64,000 nt of DNA from positions 2,356,001-2,420,000 of the forward strand of contig CATNEN010000041.1 in the NCBI GenBank assembly GCA_950097015.1, in the 5' to 3' direction. Below are positions 47,633 to 59,373 of the stretch, in pieces. Source of the DNA: Macrostomum hystrix (lineage: Eukaryota > Animalia > Platyhelminthes). The stretch's first letter is position 1, and every line of letters starts with the position of its first letter. The notes under the pieces are model-generated. The model had not been told where the DNA came from. It saw only the letters and a program-made list of their open reading frames with translations, and made no database searches. The translations under genes and the position numbers were made by a program.

Positions 47633-49845
47633 TTCCTTTTTCTATGCGTTTCGCAACTTTGAAAGCTGTCTGACATAAGCACTATATATATCATATATCT
47701 ATGCAGTAATACGGTATAGGAAGTACCGTATTTATGAAAATATTTTCGGGACGCGTGTAATCAGTCTAAATTTGCAATCTAACAGCTTGACTGCTAGACG
47801 GAAAAATAAATTGTTTATAAAAACGCTTTGGAAATGAAGAGCATGTAATAAAACGTGTTAGTTTGTTTGGAAACTACAAAAAGTTAATTGCTAAACTGCA
47901 ACGAAAATAAACTGCAACGACGTTACACTAAAATAGATTATTACCCAACCGAGCACTGCCCAGATTAGCTCTACAAAGTGAACAGTAATGGAGATGGAGT
48001 GTTTTGGTCATGTGAACTTGGGTTTACACTGCCACCTGGAAACCCTAAGGTATATGTTTTAGCACGATCGTCACTTTGAGTTACCTGTTTTTGCTCTAGC
48101 TAAAACAGAAGGGTAGATCAGTTCTCGTTACTGATGAGTCACTTGAGATCTGTTTGGTGTAATCTATTTCTGCAATTTCTGTGGTTATTCCACCTTCAGT
48201 AAATATTGATTGAATCTATTGCTAAAGCGACGCGCAATACATACACTAAACATACACTAAATTTACTTTTGAGACCATATGAGCACTAAAAGTCGCGAAC
48301 TTGGATTGACAAAAGAGTACTTGTGATAGTAGAGCATTCTGTGCACTTTTATAGCTCCAACCATTGCATTGCATTAGATCGGCGAGTAGTACCCGGTTCT
48401 TTTCTGGGATCCATGCAACGTCCCAAACAATTTGATTCCGCTAGTGCGACTCTTGCACGGTCTGAAATGAAGCTGAAATTAGACTGCACGTCAACCGCTT
48501 ACGAATATCAACTAAAACAATTGATGCAGTACTAGCAAGACTCAAGTTCAATAGTTGCGCCCTAGACTCTCGAGTTACCTGATAACTCAAAGGTAGCGAA
48601 GCCGCGAACTGGCCACGATACCCTGCTGTGGCCGAATGGTGACATCTTTTCCTCAGAGCCGTAGCCACAGGCGCCTGATCACTGCAACTGGCTATATACC
48701 TGGTTAGGTCGATGGTTTCACCTGTCCCTCGAAGTACAGTCTGCAAAAAGCTGACTGAATGTTGAGGAAAGCTGAGTGGCGGACCTCGAGCCCGGGCTCT
48801 GGGTGGGTTGTTGAGCGCTCTACTCCATTCTGTCCGGCCGTAGGGGCCAGCCTTGGACACAATTCCGGTAGCGAGAACCCTGGGTCAACTAGCAGGACAG
48901 CGGGCAGGGATCATGCAGTACTGAATTTAAGCTTGGGCTTCTATTTAAATGCTAGGATCTTGTTTATTGTAGAGATATTTAGACCCTAGGGATAGAAATT
49001 GGGGTGGTCGGGCCTGACTGCCCAAACCCCCGACGCCATCGATGCACAAACGAAAAACACACAGCGCAGTACACACGCACTGAAACACTCAGCCAATCAG
49101 CGTAAAGAGATAAGTCAAATGATAAAAGCATCACATTGTCACAGTTGCCATAGAGATACCCTGCTGTGAGAAGGCGAGCAGACGTTCATGAGAGCAGAGG
49201 TGAAGCATCGCAACCCTTGCCGGTAGGCCAAGTTGTCTCAGAATTCACTGGAGTTGTCCCGCCAGTTTGAGCAGCGAAGCACAGCCATCAGGAAAAATAA
49301 CTTCACACAGTTCAAGTTTTTACGAGTATAATGAAGCCCTTTTTCGGTGAAATATAAAACTTGTACATCAAATACATCACATGCTCCATGCATCGGCATA
49401 TTTTCATAGAGCTCATTTATTTCTACGGCTCATAGAGTCACGTAGGACTCCGAAACAATGCCATTTCGCTCAGCCCAATGTCTGCTGTTCAGCTTTAATG
49501 TAAGGCCTACCTGTCAATTTGAACTTTTTGACACAAATATTACAAGGATCTTCATTAATAAAGACTAAATTATGTCACTAATTTGATAACAGTGTTGCTA
49601 GAAAATCGTGCTGTAACTCGCATCTTGGTATTAGTAAGAAAAATGTCTAGTCCTTAAATGGCCGTTTCGTCAGTTTTTACCATGTCATTTTATAAGGTAC
49701 CGTCAGTCTTATTATAGAAAAAACTTATTGGTATGGGCTATGGGGAACTACTATGTAGCTAGCTCTTATATGTTTACAGTGCTAAAGCACAAATTTAACC
49801 TAATACCGTACTACTAAATACAAAAAATAGAATCAAAGCGTTAGA

Positions 49846-51456
49846 ATGTCACTTCAAGAACTGCCTCAGCGAGTGTCGGGTGCACGGCCCCATCAAGACG
49901 CGACTGTGCCGACCCACCTGCAGTGCAGCAGCTGCTCCCAGCCCCTGTTCAACGGCTTCCAGACTCCGCACGGATGTCGTCTGTGCCAGCCCTGCGTCAC
50001 CGGCCTGCTGTCACCGGTGGAGAAGCGGCGATGTCCCGGAAACACGGAGGCCTGCAGAGACACCACGGAGGAGATCGAGGTGAGCCAGGCCTCCTGTCTT
50101 CCCGACATTGCGACGAGACGTGAGGTCGGCCGACTGAAGGTCCTGTGTCCGAACCTGCGTGCCGGCTGCTCTGCCGCACTCAGCTGGTCTCTCATGGACC
50201 AGCATCTGGACAGCTGCGACTTCCAGGCTTTGCCGTGCGAGCTCTGCGGCCAGCAGGTGACGAGGAGGGACATGCAGCGCCACTCCAACAGAGAGTGCCT
50301 GCAGAGGAAGGAGCGATGCGGCAAGTGTACTCAACAGGTGATCATCAGCGAGATGGAGAGCAGGCACAGGAATCTGGAGTCCGATGTGTGCTGTCCGATG
50401 TTCTCGGCTGCCTGTCCTCACTGCCGCAATTCGAAAAGGAAATTCGATAGACGCGCGTACCTGGCCCACCTTTCAGAGTGCCCAGAGAGGCCAGTCGAGT
50501 GCAAGTACTATCGCCTGGGCTGCCGAGTGACAGTCTCTCGATCCGAGCTCGAAAAACACTACCGGGAGGGCTCGGACTCGCACATTTGTCTGCTGGATAT
50601 GAAGCTCAGGATGATTGGGTCTTCGTCTTCGACACCTCAGCCTAAACTTTCAGTGCCCTCTTCAAGCAGTCCCACTGAGATTTCCGATCTCAAGCGCCGG
50701 GTAGACTACATCAACTCGGCCTTCAAGAAGATGCAGGTCAGTGTGGCCAACTGGGCGCACACGATGCTTGAATTCGAGCAGTTGGCCGACAACTTCGGCG
50801 GCATCTCCCGGATGCGCGAGTCACTGCAGAGCTGTAGCGAGCGAGTTAGCCAGCTAGAGAGTCGCACTGGTGCTTCGAGACATCGCGTCGATGCTTTGCA
50901 AGCGTCGAGACCCGTGATGCTGCCGCAGGACTCTCAGCTGCAGCAGCTAGCGGGAAAGCTCGAGACTCGCCTGCTCAATCTGGAGAACACCAGCTACGAC
51001 GGCACCTTCATCTGGAGAGTGAGAAACCTCACGGAGAGCCGTTCACAGAAGCCAATCGAGTCGATTCCGTTCTTCCTTCGCCGATTCGGCCCCGCCTTCC
51101 GAATTCAATTGTACCTGAGTGGCGCGGGTGCAGGATCCGGCACTCACCTGTCCGTATACCTTGTGAACGTCCCTTACCAGCTTGATGACCCATCTGACTG
51201 GCCGATTGTTGCCGAGGCCACCTTCCGGCTAATAAATCTGAAAGATCGGCGACAAGACATTGTAAAGACCATTTCTATCAACACAGTCGACGAGAAGCGA
51301 CAGGCAGCTGAAGACGACTTCTTGATGTGCTGCGGGGAGCCCCGACTGCTGCCGCTTTCCGAGTTCAATGAGCGGTTCACCAAGGAGGACTGCTGCTTTC
51401 TCAAGGTGGAGGTCAGGGCAGTTGGTAGTGGGCGCGACCGCAGGACGGATCGATGA
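49846..51456 (+). CDS. Full-length intronless TRAF-family protein (RING, TRAF zinc fingers, coiled coil, MATH/TRAF-C), 536 aa; copy 8
   Basis: C-terminus LENTSYDGTFIWRV...IESIPFF...FRIQLYLSGAGAGSGTHLSVYL...DWP...TFRLIN...CGEPRLLPL..FTKEDCCFLKVEV is a TRAF-type MATH domain. No one-to-one ortholog assigned. Confidence 0.93.
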   Translation: MSLQELPQRVSGARPHQDATVPTHLQCSSCSQPLFNGFQTPHGCRLCQPCVTGLLSPVEKRRCPGNTEACRDTTEEIEVSQASCLPDIATRREVGRLKVLCPNLRAGCSAALSWSLMDQHLDSCDFQALPCELCGQQVTRRDMQRHSNRECLQRKERCGKCTQQVIISEMESRHRNLESDVCCPMFSAACPHCRNSKRKFDRRAYLAHLSECPERPVECKYYRLGCRVTVSRSELEKHYREGSDSHICLLDMKLRMIGSSSSTPQPKLSVPSSSSPTEISDLKRRVDYINSAFKKMQVSVANWAHTMLEFEQLADNFGGISRMRESLQSCSERVSQLESRTGASRHRVDALQASRPVMLPQDSQLQQLAGKLETRLLNLENTSYDGTFIWRVRNLTESRSQKPIESIPFFLRRFGPAFRIQLYLSGAGAGSGTHLSVYLVNVPYQLDDPSDWPIVAEATFRLINLKDRRQDIVKTISINTVDEKRQAAEDDFLMCCGEPRLLPLSEFNERFTKEDCCFLKVEVRAVGSGRDRRTDR

Positions 51457-54152
51457 AACCTGCTCGATTTCTGCCACTTCGAAGAGGTCATGAATGTCGG
51501 CCATGCAAGGCCAGAGCTGCTGCCTGCTGCTGAAGGCAACAAATCCTCCATGGAGAGTGTGTCACGAGCGCAAAGAAGCAGCATGAGCCGAGGCTTGGGG
51601 TTTCTGCAGGGCTCAATCCCCTTGTCAAGCCAGCCAACCCTGAGGCAGTTTAGCTGAGAGCTACGCTGATCGCTGATTTGCAGGTCAAGGGCAAAATGAC
51701 ACGCGTCATTCCAATGCGGACGCTTTCTTGTGCGATTTCATTTTTTCAATATGTTTATAATTTTCTATACATTTGTCATTGCCTATTCCACTTGTAATAT
51801 TGTAATTTACTGTTCGTGCAGCGCATTGTGCCAGCCAATATGTGAATATAAACGTGATGAAGTCATGTATGTTGTAATCCATGGTGTAGAAAATATTACT
51901 TTCAGCATCCTGCTAGTGCACTTGTGGCTGGGTGGTCAAACCTGCGCTAGAACATAGGTTCCGATAATAATCGGTTGACAAAAGCAAAATGTACATAATT
52001 GCCATGTTCAAGTCAGCGCAAGGCATTTCCGCTCACACTGAGGAGCCAGTCAGCAGGTAGTCGCCATTGCCACAGGTCTGTACTCTACCACGGGTGTTTA
52101 GCTGCAGCCTGTGACTGTGTAAGGGACAGTATGGACTGTATGGACTGAATTTAATGTATGAATGGATAAACTAAAATTATGAAAAAATGACTTACAATGG
52201 ACTTTTTTCTATCTACTGCGTAAAAAGCTTTGGCTGCTGAAAAGACTGCAACAATAGCCCCAAAACCAAATTTCTATATATCGTGAACACGGTGATCCAT
52301 TCGGGATGATACGTCATATTGCCCTTGCCGTTGGGTCGATATTTATTTTTTAGTTGGAAGTGGCTGTTTGGAAGTGAACGTATGAATTAAATTTATGCAA
52401 TTGATACAGTAGTTTACCGCATGAATGCTCGCGCAAAAATGCTAACTATAACAAGAAATTGTCGATCGCAGAGAGTCCAAAGAGCTTCCGTTCGCATTGC
52501 ACAAATTGAGATGGTTTCGTACTCTAACGTTTGCTTAAAGTAGCCAATTTAACATTTTAACAATTGGCGGAAATGAATACAAAATTCCAACATGAGTTAA
52601 AACGGCCCTAATTAGATCCACATTCAATGAAAACGTCACAGTCTATACCCAATTATAATGTAATATATAAGTTTATTGGAAGTTTATTGCATTTCCTATG
52701 CATTATTATACAATATATTCAATTGCAACATCAATGGCAGTTGCAAACAGCAAAAAAAACAATTTTCGATAACAATTAAAAGCTGAAATGGCATTATCAA
52801 ACATTTAAAATTATGCCACATGGAATTCAATTTATCATTTTTCTAACATTTCAAAATGATCTATAGTATAAGCTTGGAAATCAGTTCAACTTAAAAGCTT
52901 GGCTTTGCAAAGTGTATTAAATAACATACGTATTTTAATGCCATTTTAAATTGGAGGGTAAACTACCGTAAAAATAGCATAAATTTTATTCATACGGTAC
53001 CGTACGAACAGGACTTCACTACCTTTTCAGTTTACAAATTGAAACTGCTGCCGTATATAAAATGATTTTTTCGTTCATTAGAATGTAACAAAAACAATAG
53101 CGAAAGAATATTGCAGTATGAAAAGATAGAATGGTAAATTTCATTTTACTTATTATGCATTTTTTGATTAATTTTATTTCTTGATTACAGATTAGTCACG
53201 AAAAAGTTAGTACGAATCTGTGATAACACGACTTAAAATTTATTTGTTTCGAAGAATGCTTTTTGCATTTTGCGTTAAAAGCGCTCAACTGGTCCGATGA
53301 AGTTTCCTGAATGTCGATTGCAAATAATAATGCAAATTGTGTTGCTGATTGGTTACGCTTTTTAACACTTTACTTTTAGTGGAACTTTATGTTGACGTTT
53401 ATTTATTTAGATTTGATTTTTGCTAGTTAAACTCTTGCCTTTGGCTTTTTATTTTGCATCGTTTTTTCTTGTTGCTCCAAACAATTTATGTTTAAGTTTT
53501 CAAATACCCACGCTTTTAGTCGTTCTTTATTAAAGGATTCGTAAATTAACACAGTAATTTATCTAATAAAAATACATTTTCAGAATATGAATATTTAAAA
53601 CAAAAAAGTTTTTAGCTTCTAAGCGACTTGTTTGTTTATTTTTTTATTATTTCGATTGGACTAGGACTAATTTTAGCAAATACTTTTGAATATTTTAGCT
53701 TTAGCCTTTAGGGTAGTGCCTACATTCATTAGTAGTGTACTAGCTTCCTAATTGTCAGGATTGTTAGGACAAAGTGGTAATGTTTGTCTTCTGAATGAAG
53801 TTCTGTGTGATAAAATTGATTTCAAGGTCATATTCACAGAGCCATAGAGAGATTTATCAAAATGTTCCATGTTAGTCCCTCTGTGGTATGTTGTTTATTC
53901 TGTTCTTTTGCAGTTGTTACATGGGCCCTAGGCATAATTTTATTGAATATGGCACTATAAAGACTTTTAATGACAACTCTTTTTAGACCATAGACCTTTT
54001 TTGTACCTAGACTACTATATTGTATTTAATTACATAGCTTTTATCACTAACTATATGATGGTTGTCATTGAAATTTATTAAAAACTGTTGCAGCTACTAC
54101 TTACTGGCCACACTGTGCAGCAGGCTGGAGTGCTGCTGCTGATGCTTAACTG

Positions 54153-57100
54153 ATGGTGATGGACCTCTGTAATCAGCAGGCTGAGAATAGGCCACAACTG
54201 CATAGGCCAATGACAATGAGTGATAGAAACCCATTCAGTGCACTGACTTCAGATAGCAAATTCTGCATCAATGAAGATGGCAGCAGTAGGCAGCATTGCA
54301 TGATAAGCACCTTTGATGAGCAGCTGGCTGCACTTGATGCCCTCATCCAGGCTCAGTGCCAGGCCCGACAAGGCATGAGGGTGCAAATTGAGCTGCTCCA
54401 GGACCACTATTTGAAGGTGCATTTTGAATTGATTTGATCCCTGCACCCTGATGAACTCAGAACCCTGCACCCTGATGAACTCACAACCCTGCACCCAGAT
54501 CAACTCAGAACCCTGCACCCTGATGAACTCAGAACCCTGCACCCTGATCAACTCACAACCCTGCACCCAGATCAACTCAGAACCCTGCACCCTGATCAAC
54601 TCAGAACCCTGCACCCTGATCAACTCACAACCCTGCACCCAGATCAACTCAGAACCCTGCACCCTGATCAACTCAGAACCCTGCACCCTGATCAACTCAG
54701 AACCCTGCACCCTGATCAACTCAGAACCCTGCACCCTGATCAACTCAAAACCCTGCACCCTGATCAACTCAGAACCCTGCACCCTGATCAACTCAGAACC
54801 CTGCACCCTGATCAACTCAGAACCCTGCACCCTGATCAACTCAGAACCCTGCACCCTGATCAACTCAGAACCCTGCACCCTGATCAACTCAGAACCCTGC
54901 ACCCTGATCAACTCAGAACCCTGCACCCTGATGAACTCACAACCCTGCATCCTGATCAACTCAGAACCCTGCACCCTGATGAACTCACAACCCTGCACCC
55001 TGATCAACTCAGAACCCTGCACCCTGATGAACTCACAACCCTGCACCCTGATCAACTCAGAACCCTGCACCCTGATCAACTCAAAACCCTGAGCTCCAAG
55101 CTGGCCTTTTGGCTCCGTTGTAGGTGTCAGCGGAGCTGCAGTCGGAGCGGCGGAGGCGGGAAGCGGCTGCGTCAGGCGGGGCAAGTGTCTGTGCGCAGGA
55201 GCTTGATGCGCTGCGCGATGAGGTGAGAAAAAAAAGAGTTTTACTTGTAGTTGGATATAGGAGTATAAATGGGATTAATACTACTAGCAGTAGCATTAAT
55301 TCCACCTGCCAAACAATGCTTATTTTAAATTTTATTCCCAAAATCGACAATCGTCTCAGCTGAGCCGCGAGTGGCACCGCAGCCGCTGCCAGGTTCAGGA
55401 GGCGGCCGCCGCCGCGGTGGCCCTGGCTGAGGCACGCGCCGAGGCCCAGCGGCAGCGGGTGCTGGCGGAATGCGCCGTTCGGCAGCTGGCCAGCCTCCGC
55501 AGTCGCTGCACGGAGCTGGAGGCGGCGCTGAGCCGCTTGGAGTCCAGCGTTGCGACGGCGCCGGCGAAGTCTGAGCGGGTAACACGCGGCTTGGCTGGCA
55601 AAATCCAACCGCTGAGCACTCAGCGAGAGCCCCCGGTGGAAACAAGTGATGGCGACGGCGTTTGCGTTTCGCCCGAATGCGCCGCCGCGCTTCGCCTTCA
55701 GAAGCGCAACGCCGAACGCCTGGCGCAGGAGGTCAGGCGGCTACAACTGCTGCTGGCCGCCAACGACGCAGCCGCGGCTTCCGCGCCGACCGCAACCGTC
55801 GCTAGTCCCGCGTCGACGGCGTCAGCAGCCGCCGCGTCGACTTCGAATTCAACTGCTCCAACCACCGGTGCCGCTAAGCGCATTGAAAAGCGACCGCTCT
55901 CTGTATCGGGCAGCCGACCGGCTCGACAGCAGCAGCAGCCTCACAAGCAGCTGGTATGCAATGCAAAAATATTAATTATTGCAGGCGGGCTGCGGGCAAT
56001 GGCACATAATTTGTGGACACTAGACCTGCAGCCAGCGCGAGGGCAATTCTTCCCATTCTGCTGACTCCTGAGCACACACGCACACAGATACCGTACGCAA
56101 GCATACGCTCACACAGGTGTGTACATCCGCCCTGACTTTCTCATCGTCAGGCGGTGTACACTCTCACTGTGCCTTGGAGGTTGGCCCTCAAGGGCGTAAA
56201 TTGGACAGACAAGCCCCAGAACTCTTTGGCCTGGCTGCGGAATCGAGCTCAGGCACCTTGGTGCGAGAGGCAATCGCGTTAACCGCTCTGTCATCACCCC
56301 CAGATATGCAAAGTCATCGGATGATGAGGCACTAGTATTACTCGTATTTATTGGCAGTAACCATTCGCTCTCGCTATTGACCAGGTTTCAACTCGTCTCT
56401 CTTTCCGTGTCTTGTTTAGGCCCAGAGGCCGGCATCGGTGAATGTCAAGAACGGCGCCAGCTCAACCGAGAAGAAGAAATCTGCTCAGCGACCGGAAATT
56501 AGTGAGTCTTGCATCCTGCTCTAGTCTCCTTGGTGACATTTCCTTTATCGCTATCCCGCCTCCCATTCGCAGAGGACGCTGGCAGCTCTGACTCAGCCGC
56601 GGTCGCCAGCCCGGAGGCCCTGCTGCACTGGGTGGCCGGCTTGCCTGACCGCTTCAACAAGCAGCTGCATGCGCTGGTGAGCCCGGAGGCGCCCTCCGAG
56701 CAGGTCGGCCCCGCCCTGCTGCTCGATTGCCCGGTGCCGCCGCCTGGCGTGGACCCCGAGATAGCCAGCCGCCAGGTTGTGGACTGGCTGGTGCGGCTGT
56801 GGAATGGCCGCCTGCTGCGCATTGTGGCCGCCAGCCTGACCCGCCGGCTGCCGCACAGCGCGGGCGGCACCGTGCTGTACTACTTTGTGCAGCAGCTGCT
56901 GGACACCGGCTGCCCCCTGCCTGCCAGGCAGCGGACCGACTTCCTGCGCCGCCTGGACGGCTTCCCTGGCAACGGCCGACTGCGGCAGGATGTGCACCAG
57001 GTGGGCGGCTGAGCTGCTGATTCACAGCTCCTCATCACCCATCTTCTAATTAACCTTCAGCCAGTCACCCATCAGCCAATCACCCATCAGCCAATCACCC

Positions 57101-57733
57101 ATCAGCCAATCACTAATAAGCCAGTCACCCATCAGCCAATCACTAATAAGCCAATCACCCATCAGCCAATCACTAATAAGCCAGTCACCCATCAGCCAAT
57201 CACTAATAAGCCAATCACCCATCAGCCAATCACCCATCAGCCAATCACCCATCAGCCAATCACCCATCAGCCAATCACCCATCAGCCAATCACCCATCAG
57301 CCAGTCACCCATCAGCCAATCACCCATCAGCCTGTCACCCATCAGCCAATCGCTAATAAGCCACTCAACCTTTCCGTCACAGGTAAAAATGCGCGTCCGC
57401 CCAATCGCAGTGACTCGGCCATCAAGCGCGACATCCGTCGCGTCTAAGCGGGGCTTGGGCAGCTCGGTGGACAGTCAGCTGAAGGAGCGTTCCTCCGAAG
57501 CTCCGCGAGCTCCAGCCAACGCACCAGCCGACGCACCAGCCGACGCACCAGCCGACGCACCAGCCGACGCCAATGCCGCTAGCAGCCCGCGCCGAACACC
57601 GGCCGCAGCAAGGATTCGAACCGCCGACACAGCCTTATCTTCCACAACCTCCTCTGGTTCAGGTGAATCTGGCAGAAGCCTGAAGCTGAAGGCCCGGCAG
57701 CCTAAGCAGCAGCAGCACGGCGGCACCTCCTGA
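54153..57733 (+). CDS. Uncharacterised six-exon coiled-coil protein; exons 54153-54416, 55124-55222, 55360-55953, 56420-56501, 56573-57000, 57383-57733
   Basis: All five introns are GT-AG with compatible phases (0,0,0,1,0); heptad-like segments N-terminally and a helical globular segment in exon 5. Family not recognised; start codon uncertain. Confidence 0.8.
54440..55092. repeat. 24-bp intronic minisatellite (about 27 copies)
   Basis: Unit ccctgcaccctgatcaactcagaa. Confidence 0.96.
56038..56290 (-). mobile_element. tRNA-derived SINE in an intron
   Basis: High similarity to 38167-38452 (ctgactcctgagcacacacgcacacagataccgtacgca ... ggaatcgagctc..accttggtgcgagaggcaa). Confidence 0.7.
57050..57362. 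repeat. 15-bp intronic minisatellite
   Basis: Unit ccaatcacccatcag. Confidence 0.95.
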
Positions 57734-59373
57734 GGGGCAGCTTGTACATACAGTTATTGAATCATTTTAGCCTAGCAGGCAACACTAGGCCCAATCATTG
57801 TACTCTAAGATAGTTGCTATCCAGCTGTGTCCTTAAAAAAGAACTGCTCAACTGACATTCCTGAACGAGTAAAGCTGTTTTGTTAGTATCATATTCAATT
57901 CTCAAAGTCCGCTCTCTCGTTTCTTTGAATCGATTTTTAGATAACTTATTTTTTCTGTTACTTTCTGCCAAGCGAGTTTTCTTTTTGCTTTGATCACTAA
58001 ATCGTTTCTTCATTCCCGACTGCAAGCAGAGTTATGTTATTTTTATTTATTTATTTCCTCCGTCGCTCAGCAGCCAGCAGTTCTTTCTGTTCATGGCTAG
58101 CTTGTGCACAGCCCTGAGCCATACTTTGCCAAGCGAAAATAAACTTATTGCCCAGCCTGGCCAGTGCAGCTGGGTTCTAAATTATCAAAGATTAATTCGC
58201 AGCAGAATTTCTTCTGGTCTCCTCCGTATTGCTACTGTCCGCTTGCTACACTTCAAGCTCTGCTGCTGCTGCTGCTGCCAGATACTGCTGTCTGATCAGC
58301 CAGGCAAAACTGCTGCTTGATGGCTATCGATTCGGCCGCCTTCTTCAACTTCCGTCAGCCAGCAGCTGGCGCCTCCCCCGCCATCACGCAAGTCAGAGGT
58401 ATCTGCGCTGGCTGGCGCAGATACTCCCGCGGCCTTCGGTGCTGCGGGCCAGGGGGGGGCGGGCACAGGGCCTAAGTGTGTATCTGCGTGGCTACATCTG
58501 GCGCAGGATGGCCCCGGCCTAGGAATAGCAGAGCGGGCTTGGGGTGGGCGCCGGGCCGTTGGGCTGACGCATCGCCCGCTTATCGAGCCGCTCCGATCTG
58601 CCAGCGGCTGCGTGAAACTGTGTGGCCCGCCCACCCCGGCTCCTATCTAAACACAGTTGCTCGGATTTATGCCTCGGAAACTGCACTGGGCAGCCAGCCT
58701 GTTGTGTGTCCTGTTGGATTCTGAAGCTTGGTCCTTCATTCCTAGCAGCTTTCTGCCAGGCCTTCAGTCCTCGACTAGCGAGCCGCTGGCATTCTTGGTG
58801 AGTTCGGGTCGGTTGAGCTGCGCTGCTCAAGCGGAATCGTAGCAAAGTGTGCCCGATGGAAACTTCATTTCTCATTTTTATTTTCACGATTCGCCAACCG
58901 CCGCTAGAGAGTTAAGAGATTTCTGCGCAGCTTAGGCAAACTCGGCCCTGAACAGCTGCTTAAGCAGTCTGACAGCCTGCATGCAGCATTAAAGTGTCTC
59001 CGAACTTTCAGTCATTCAGTCGCTTCAGGCCCTGAGCCTACTGCTAGTGGGGCAGGGTTCGGTTCCCACACGCCGGCTCGCAGCGAGCGCAAAGTGCGCG
59101 CGGCCGCCCCTCCCTCCAAAGTAGCGGGTGGCTGCTGGAGAATAATATTTTCGCACCAGCCCCGGCTCCATGTGCGCAGTCTGACAGCCGCTTAGTCTAT
59201 AGATATGGGAGCCATTGCACTGTGCATCTCGGCTGTCTCTGCCTGCCTTCATTTGCTGACGCGAATGCGGTCTGACTTGCCGAATTAAAGCCAGAGGCGG
59301 TAACTGGAGCGAACCTCTGTTTCAGGCACAGACTGGTGTGTAGCGGCCTGGAGCAGACGGATCAGCAGCAGCT

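Noticed and set aside
16254-50469. Recurrent 60-150 aa ORFs overlapping each TRAF copy (e.g. MSLLVTCWPQ..., MQQLLPAPVQ..., MRQSSRHAG...)
   Set aside because: Alternative-frame and antisense shadows of the GC-rich TRAF exon; they recur only because the exon is duplicated.
49846-51456. Assigning a specific symbol such as TRAF2, TRAF3 or TRAF6, or TRAF7 for the WD40 fusion
   Set aside because: Orthology cannot be determined by eye; the sequences look like a lineage-specific expansion.
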